Origin: a virus
IMG/VR virus record: IMGVR_UViG_3300034980_000520
Span: 1-64,000 of that record
Length of the DNA: 64,000 nucleotides
Reading direction: 5' to 3' (one strand)
Shown: piece after piece, positions 58,660 to 64,000 of the stretch
Position numbering within the stretch: the stretch's first letter is position 1
How the letters are laid out: the number at the start of each line of letters is the position of its first letter
The notes under the pieces: model-generated
Seen by the model: the letters and a program-made list of their open reading frames with translations, nothing else
Databases searched by the model: none
What the model was told of the DNA's origin: nothing
Translations under genes and position numbers: made by a program

Positions 58660-58914
58660 GTGGCTAACACAAACGAAGAAAAACAACAATATGTCAAGGA
58701 GTATATTCGCTCTTTGGCAGCAATCGAGGGGTGCATTGAACCCTATCAGGAGCAAAAGCGCGAACTGCGCACTGAATTCCGAGAGAACGGATGGCTCAAC
58801 ACGGATGAGATCCGAGCAGCAGTAAAGGCATATCGTCTTTACAAGCACAAAATCAACATTGACGAGGTGGTTGATAACTTCCACGTTATTTCAGGAGAAG
58901 GAGAAGAACAATAA
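58660..58914 (+). CDS. small helical DNA-binding-like protein (T4 DsbA/GapR-like)
   Basis: 84 aa; YIRSL..IE...QEQKREL..EFRENG...IRAAVK pattern; AAGGAGGT RBS. Confidence 0.45.
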   Translation: MANTNEEKQQYVKEYIRSLAAIEGCIEPYQEQKRELRTEFRENGWLNTDEIRAAVKAYRLYKHKINIDEVVDNFHVISGEGEEQ

Positions 58915-59024
58915 TGGACAAATTTTTAAGTTCTATTTTATCAGTACCATGGATTCTTAAGGCAACGCTCTGGCTTTGTCACCTAGGAGAAGACTGGGGC
59001 GAAGAAGTCGAAGGCGAGGCATGA
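58914..59024 (+). CDS. small 36-aa hypothetical protein
   Basis: MDKFLSSILSVPWILKATLWLCHLGEDWGEEVEGEA; TAATG and ATGA coupling on both sides. Confidence 0.55.
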   Translation: MDKFLSSILSVPWILKATLWLCHLGEDWGEEVEGEA

Positions 59025-59749
59025 GAGCGAATCGTTTACCATTGACAAAGAAGCAAGTATTTAAGATCTTCCGCAGCAAGCCGTATTGGCTTGCCGTCGT
59101 CGACGCAGTGGAGAGCATGGCAGGTTGCCATTTTAAGAGTCTCGTCGCTGCAGATTCTTCAATAAAGACAGTTGGCGAATGGGCACGCTCAAAAGAAGAA
59201 GACAAGCGACAGCAAACTTCATCGTTGACTGTCCCCTTTGCATATGACTTTGAAGCTTGGATCCGCAAAATTGCTGTTGAGTTTGGAATTGAAATCTTGC
59301 AAAAGGACGAGAGTGAAGAAGGAAATGATTTTCGTGTCCGGACATCTGATGCCGGCATCATTCCCTTTGAGGTAAAGACAACCCAGTGCGCACAAGGATG
59401 GACGGGTTCAACTCACTCTGAGGGTAAGGGCAAGGCGCTCAACTATGTGCTAGCAAGCTTCGGACTAGATTTGGATTATCCAATCACTGCCGATCTTACG
59501 CAGCCGGCGTTACCCGGTGTGATTACCGCTCTCCACGCTTCGGTGTTTGGACAAGATGTTCCTGTCAAATGGTCAGGAGCAGCTTCGGAGAGCAACAGCA
59601 GCACCAAGGGTAGGATTCCAGTATCAGCATTTCGTCAATATCGCCAAGCAGTGGCATTTGGAAATGTTAAGAAAAATAGAGTATGGTGTAAGTGCGAACG
59701 AGCAAATCTCGCAGAGCATCGGACACTGTTGCAGGAGAGAGCGGCATGA
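59021..59749 (+). CDS. PD-(D/E)XK nuclease, restriction endonuclease-like
   Basis: FE...NDF...FEVKTT catalytic pattern; ATGA-coupled to a methyltransferase. Confidence 0.5.
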   Translation: MRANRLPLTKKQVFKIFRSKPYWLAVVDAVESMAGCHFKSLVAADSSIKTVGEWARSKEEDKRQQTSSLTVPFAYDFEAWIRKIAVEFGIEILQKDESEEGNDFRVRTSDAGIIPFEVKTTQCAQGWTGSTHSEGKGKALNYVLASFGLDLDYPITADLTQPALPGVITALHASVFGQDVPVKWSGAASESNSSTKGRIPVSAFRQYRQAVAFGNVKKNRVWCKCERANLAEHRTLLQERAA

Positions 59750-60588
59750 ATCATATCAATCAGATCATTAACAGCGATAGTATAACTGCGCTGCAGGAAC
59801 TCCCAGAGAACTCAATAGATATGGTAGTGACGTCACCGCCTTATGATAATCTGCGAGCATATCAGGGATTAATCGATGACATGAAGGAAGAGTATAATGG
59901 CTATTCCTTTCCCTTTGAACAAATTGCAACCGAGCTATCTCGCGTTGTGAAGAAGGGCGGCGTAGTCGTATGGGTAGTCGGAGATGCAGTGATGAAGGGT
60001 GGCGAAACAGGTTCGTCCTTCCGGCAGGCACTATACTTTATGGAGAAGGGGTTTAAACTTCACGACACCATGATTTATGAGAAGAACGGAAGCTCCTTCC
60101 CAGCCAGACGAGACGGCAACAGATACTCCCAACTCTTTGAATACATGTTTGTGTTCAGCAAGGGAGGGAAACCCAAGACATCAAATCTTATTTGTGATAA
60201 GCCTAACCGATGGGCAGGCTACACGCATTTTGGGAAAGGATCGATTAGAAACAAGAAGGGAGAGCTAGTGGAAAGAAACATTAAGCCCATCCCTGAATTT
60301 TCCCCCCGAAATAATATTTGGAAATATAACACTGGAAAGAATTACTCTACCAAAGACAAGGTAGCATTTGAGCATCCTGCCATTTTCCCCGAACAATTGG
60401 CAGCAGATCATATTCTAACGTGGAGCAATCCCGGCGATGTAGTTTTAGATCCCTTTAATGGATCTGGCACAACTACGAAGATGGCAGCACTGCACGATAG
60501 AAATTATGTGGGCATTGATATCTCAGACAAATACTGTGATATTGCCCGCGAACGTTTGGAAATTATAAAAAAAAAGAGAGCAAGTTAA
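59746..60588 (+). CDS. site-specific DNA methyltransferase (N4-C/N6-A, beta class)
   Basis: VTSPPY, HPAIFP, VLDPFNGSGTT motifs. Confidence 0.92.
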   Translation: MNHINQIINSDSITALQELPENSIDMVVTSPPYDNLRAYQGLIDDMKEEYNGYSFPFEQIATELSRVVKKGGVVVWVVGDAVMKGGETGSSFRQALYFMEKGFKLHDTMIYEKNGSSFPARRDGNRYSQLFEYMFVFSKGGKPKTSNLICDKPNRWAGYTHFGKGSIRNKKGELVERNIKPIPEFSPRNNIWKYNTGKNYSTKDKVAFEHPAIFPEQLAADHILTWSNPGDVVLDPFNGSGTTTKMAALHDRNYVGIDISDKYCDIARERLEIIKKKRAS

Positions 60589-61062
60589 ATGAATAAAAGT
60601 ACACAAGTAGTAATGTTCTCGTCTGAGACGGGAGATTGGGCAACGCCCAAGGAATTTTTTGATAAACTGGACTGGAGGTTTGGACCATTTGATCTGGATC
60701 CCTGCGCCACCCCATCGAATACAAAATGTTCGAACTTCTTCACAGAAGCTGAAGACGGTTTGTCTAAGGATTGGGGTGGTTTTACCGCCTTCATCAATCC
60801 GCCATATGGCAGAGGGATTGACGCATGGATTAAGAAGGCATACGAAGAATCCCGAAAGGAAAACACCAAGATAGTAATGTTGATTCCATCGCGAACCGAC
60901 ACAAAGTACTGGCATCAATATGTGATGAAAGCGGATGAAGTACACTTTATAAAAGGACGCTTAAAGTTTGGCGACAGCAGCAATAGCGCCCCCTTCCCAT
61001 CAGCAGTCGTTGTATTTGACGGCAGCAATAGGCAACAGATCATTGGAGCACTGAACCGATGA
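60589..61062 (+). CDS. phage N6-adenine DNA methyltransferase (phage Dam family)
   Basis: WATP, FDLDPCA, DGL..DW, NPPYGR, LIPSRTDT..W, GRLKF, APFPS motifs. Confidence 0.9.
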   Translation: MNKSTQVVMFSSETGDWATPKEFFDKLDWRFGPFDLDPCATPSNTKCSNFFTEAEDGLSKDWGGFTAFINPPYGRGIDAWIKKAYEESRKENTKIVMLIPSRTDTKYWHQYVMKADEVHFIKGRLKFGDSSNSAPFPSAVVVFDGSNRQQIIGALNR

Positions 61063-61448
61063 AACAAGATCTTTTACAGGGAGCGCTCTTACGGCTTCAG
61101 GGCTCCATCCTTGAAACATTCGAAGCTTTGAAGGATGAATATGCGGCGCCCGCAAATGAGGGTACTGTGGACAGGATAGCGTCACTCGCCGCAAGATTAG
61201 CCAATCTAGAGGGCGCCCTCATAACATTGCAACAATACTCTCAAAGAATTGTGGAAACCGCCAAAGCAGAAGCCATGGAAACGTCATTGGCAGCAGCCCG
61301 CATGGCAATCGCGGAAGCCAAAAGCGCCTCCGAAGGAGAGTCGGCAGTCATTACCGAGGAGAATTCAAAAACAATGAAGAAAGTGAGGGCAGTCCAAAAA
61401 GAACAGAAGAAGCCCAAGAAGACAAAGAAGAAGGATACAAAAGAATGA
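61059..61448 (+). CDS. hypothetical helical protein
   Basis: 129-aa ORF, ATGA coupled. Confidence 0.65.
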   Translation: MKQDLLQGALLRLQGSILETFEALKDEYAAPANEGTVDRIASLAARLANLEGALITLQQYSQRIVETAKAEAMETSLAAARMAIAEAKSASEGESAVITEENSKTMKKVRAVQKEQKKPKKTKKKDTKE

Positions 61449-61702
61449 ACCGGCAACACCGCCGCGCTCTCAAGAAGCAGACAACCTCACCGGCAGAGCA
61501 GAAGATGGCAGAACAAGTGGCAAAATTTGGTAAAATGCCAGAGAAATGTTGCGCCTGCGAAAAAGAGTTTGACAAGAAAGATCGTTCCATGATAGAATCA
61601 TGGAGTGTTGTTGTGAAGCAGGAAGTAGTACGTCTATTCTGCCCAGCATGCATTAATAAAACAAAGGAGGCTCTCAATGGCAGTCACACGAATATCAAAT
61701 GA
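61445..61702 (+). CDS. small zinc-finger-like protein
   Basis: MNRQHRR start, CCAC...CPAC. Confidence 0.65.
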   Translation: MNRQHRRALKKQTTSPAEQKMAEQVAKFGKMPEKCCACEKEFDKKDRSMIESWSVVVKQEVVRLFCPACINKTKEALNGSHTNIK

Positions 61703-62051
61703 ATCTTTGGACATGCTGCTCCAAGGAAAAGTAAAGGAAGCAGCAACTTGCGTGCTTAAGTTCTATTCTAATGGCTGTGATATGTGTCATGCCTTGAGTG
61801 ATTATTACGCACAAATATCGCAAGAAGATAAGTATAAAGATTTGCATTTCTTTGCCGTAAACATTGATGATTATCCTGAAATAGAACGTAGGTTAAACTT
61901 TAAGGGAGTGCCAACAATTTTTATTCTGCATTCCAATATTGGAAACCGCGCCCCCACGATCCGAGTCATAGAGGAGCCCGAGAAGCCCAATGATAAAACA
62001 TGGTATAAGGTGTCAGACATTAAAAAGTTTATTGACAGAGAGGGACTGTGA
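61677..62051 (+). CDS. thioredoxin-like protein
   Basis: KFYSNGCDMC, VNIDD, GVPT. Confidence 0.8.
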   Translation: MAVTRISNESLDMLLQGKVKEAATCVLKFYSNGCDMCHALSDYYAQISQEDKYKDLHFFAVNIDDYPEIERRLNFKGVPTIFILHSNIGNRAPTIRVIEEPEKPNDKTWYKVSDIKKFIDREGL

Positions 62052-63088
62052 AAAAGTCCTTATCATATGATGACGTTTTGCTACTCCCCCAATACTCAGA
62101 CATTCGAAGCAGAAGCGAAGTCTCAACAGAAGTTGATCTCGGCAACGGATTGAAACTCGCTCTCCCGGTGTTAGCGTCACCAATGGATACGATTTCAGAG
62201 GCTCCGATGGCGATCGCGCTTGGTGGTGCCGGCGGTGCAGCAATTATTCATAGATATGCTTCTGTTCAGGAGCAGTGCAAGATGGTAAGCTGGGCACAAG
62301 AGGGTGGCATTAGAAATTTTAAAACCGAAATCAATGTTGGAGCCGCTGTGGGTGTCACTGGAGATTATCTTCTGCGCTCAAGAATGCTTTTAAACGCCGG
62401 CGCAACCTTCCTATGTGTGGATGTTGCACACGGGCATCATGTTTTAATGAAAGAAGCCCTCCGGGAGATCCGCGATGAAGTGGGCGCCGATGTTCATCTG
62501 ATGGCAGGAAACGTTGCCACCCTGCAAGGCATCAATGATCTGGCAGAGTGGGGCGCCGATAGCGTAAGATGCAATATTGGAGGGGGCTCGATTTGTTCGA
62601 CGCGCATTGAAACGGGACACGGAGTCCCGGGCTTTCAAACGATAATGGATTGCGCGCAGACTAGTCGCGACATCACCATAATTGCCGACGGCGGCTTGAG
62701 AAATTCTGGAGATATTGTCAAGAGTTTAGGCGCCGGCGCCGATGCTGTAATGTGTGGATCCTTATTCTCTGGTACGGATGAGAGCCCCGGCAAAATAATA
62801 GAAGAAGCCGACGGCACTCGATGGAAGATATATCGCGGCATGGCATCCAAAGAGGCGCAAGTTAATTGGCGAGGCAGCTTTTCTTCAGCAGAAGGCATAT
62901 GTGCTCGCGTTCCTTATCGCGGTTCTGTAAGAAAAATTATAGAAAGCCTAGAGAGGGGAATTCGTTCCGGACTATCTTATAGTGGCTGCCGCACAATCTC
63001 TGAGCTTCAAAGTTCTGCAACTTTCACTTTGCAAACCCCCGCCGGCATGGGTGAGAGCCGAACCCACATTCTTAATAGGAAGTGGTGA
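62048..63088 (+). CDS. guaB: IMP dehydrogenase / GMP reductase family protein (no CBS domains)
   Basis: [45 protein letters not shown] motifs. Confidence 0.85.
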   Translation: MKKSLSYDDVLLLPQYSDIRSRSEVSTEVDLGNGLKLALPVLASPMDTISEAPMAIALGGAGGAAIIHRYASVQEQCKMVSWAQEGGIRNFKTEINVGAAVGVTGDYLLRSRMLLNAGATFLCVDVAHGHHVLMKEALREIRDEVGADVHLMAGNVATLQGINDLAEWGADSVRCNIGGGSICSTRIETGHGVPGFQTIMDCAQTSRDITIIADGGLRNSGDIVKSLGAGADAVMCGSLFSGTDESPGKIIEEADGTRWKIYRGMASKEAQVNWRGSFSSAEGICARVPYRGSVRKIIESLERGIRSGLSYSGCRTISELQSSATFTLQTPAGMGESRTHILNRKW

Positions 63089-63411
63089 TGAGCGAAAACA
63101 CACTTGGACAGAACACTAAAAGGATCGTCTTTACTGAAAACGATCATCGCCATGCACAACTAATTGTAAAACTTAAAATGGATGGCATGACACAGGCGAA
63201 ATTTTTCAGACAAATGATTACAGGATATCTGGAAGATGATGAACGGATCCGAAGTTATGTGCTGGACAACTCTTCTCTCTCTAAAGTAAAGATTAACAAA
63301 AGCATGAAGTTGATCGAAAAAGGAAGAGAGACGGCAACTAATTTAGGGCTCAATGAAGATCAACTTGAAAATATATTTGATATGATAGCCGAGGAATTCC
63401 CAGAGTTATGA
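63088..63411 (+). CDS. hypothetical protein (possible DNA-binding)
   Basis: ORF coupled by TGATG and ATGA overlaps. Confidence 0.65.
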   Translation: MSENTLGQNTKRIVFTENDHRHAQLIVKLKMDGMTQAKFFRQMITGYLEDDERIRSYVLDNSSLSKVKINKSMKLIEKGRETATNLGLNEDQLENIFDMIAEEFPEL

Positions 63412-63662
63412 AAAACGGCTTACGTCAATGCAGCCTAGATTGCATAAAGGCACAGAAACCTTGCAAATCTAAAGAATGCCGCCACTATATTGAGTTCGAA
63501 GGTGAGTATAATTGTACTTTAGTCTCTATATATGAAAACGGCCCCATGACTCTGCGTCAAGTCGGCGATAGAATTGGGGTGTCGTTTGCTAGAATTAAAC
63601 AAATTGAAGAAAAAGCGTTGAAGAAGATAAAACACAGCGATTTAATTTCTTTTCTAAATTAG
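63408..63662 (+). CDS. sigma70 region-4-only protein with Cys-rich N-terminus
   Basis: MTLRQVGDRIGVSFARIKQIEEKALKKI matches the sigma 4.2 HTH; five Cys upstream. Confidence 0.75.
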   Translation: MKNGLRQCSLDCIKAQKPCKSKECRHYIEFEGEYNCTLVSIYENGPMTLRQVGDRIGVSFARIKQIEEKALKKIKHSDLISFLN

Positions 63663-63719
63663 GATATTGAAAAAAATAATACTATTTATACTAGGAACTC
63701 ACGTAAGGAGAAAATGTAG

Positions 63720-64000
63720 ATGTCCCGTAAAACTTTATTAACCGAAACTGAGATTAGGCAGTTTCTCAAGCTTGCCAACTTAGGTGCGGTAGGCGACACA
63801 CGAATTCAAGAGATGAGCATGTCTCCGGATCTTGAAGATCTCGAAGAAGAGGCAGACCCAGAAGAGTTAGATAAATTCGCTGCTGATGATTTGGAGGACG
63901 ACACCGCTCTCGGCGACGAAGAAGCCGGAGCCGATGAGCTTGAAGCTGACTCCGAACTCGACGCAGAGATGGGCGGCGACATGGGCGGCGCCCCCGATGG
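63720..64000 (+). CDS. acidic hypothetical protein, 5' part (runs off window)
   Basis: AAGGAG RBS, CTATTTA upstream, MSRKTLLTETEIRQFLKLANL then D/E-rich. Confidence 0.7.
   Translation, partial: MSRKTLLTETEIRQFLKLANLGAVGDTRIQEMSMSPDLEDLEEEADPEELDKFAADDLEDDTALGDEEAGADELEADSELDAEMGGDMGGAPD

Noticed and set aside
3561-59745. Longest-ORF starts at 3561, 4562, 9342, 10204, 44327, 58976, 59692
   Set aside because: Downstream starts with RBS or stop/start coupling (3615, 4592, 9519, 10294, 44420, 59021, 59746) fit better
817-62898. Numerous minus-strand ORFs in the track (e.g. 13897-14427, 14887-15342, 22687-23289)
   Set aside because: They are antisense shadows of well-supported + strand genes, with no RBS or recognisable motifs
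1-64000. Stop-codon reassignment
   Set aside because: Conserved genes are full length in the standard code, and TAA, TAG and TGA all terminate genes at sensible positions
1-64000. tRNA genes
   Set aside because: No cloverleaf with T-loop and acceptor stem recognised in the short intergenic gaps; tRNAscan-SE would be decisive

Overview
A 64-kb segment of a large T4-like (myovirus-type) phage genome. Essentially all credible genes lie on the + strand and tile the window densely with the standard genetic code. About 1-39.5 kb is the morphogenesis module: small putative head-internal proteins, a holin/spanin-like trio, terminase, portal, prohead protease, a phage-encoded ribosomal protein bS21, a block of Gly/Ser/Thr-rich fibre/decoration paralogs, scaffold, major capsid, neck, tail sheath/tube, tail chaperone, tape measure and baseplate. 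About 39.5-64 kb is a replication/metabolism module: short PolA-like protein, degenerate tubulin/FtsZ-like protein, gp32 SSB, UvsX/RecA, DenV-like glycosylase, 5'-3' exonuclease, DnaB-like helicase, class II RNR, GroES-like, amidase, DnaE, ClpP, a J-domain-like protein, a nuclease plus two methyltransferases, thioredoxin, GuaB-like and a sigma region-4-only protein. The most notable signals are: two promoter classes (sigma70-like TTGACA-17-TATAAT versus a recurring CTANTTA motif before structural genes), a probable +1/-2 programmed frameshift in the tail chaperone, a duplicated H-type pseudoknot between SSB and recA, shared N-terminal leaders on putative head-internal proteins, and a MYXO-CTERM-like protein hinting at a Myxococcota-type host. 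All calls come from motif recognition and synteny by eye; no database searches were run.
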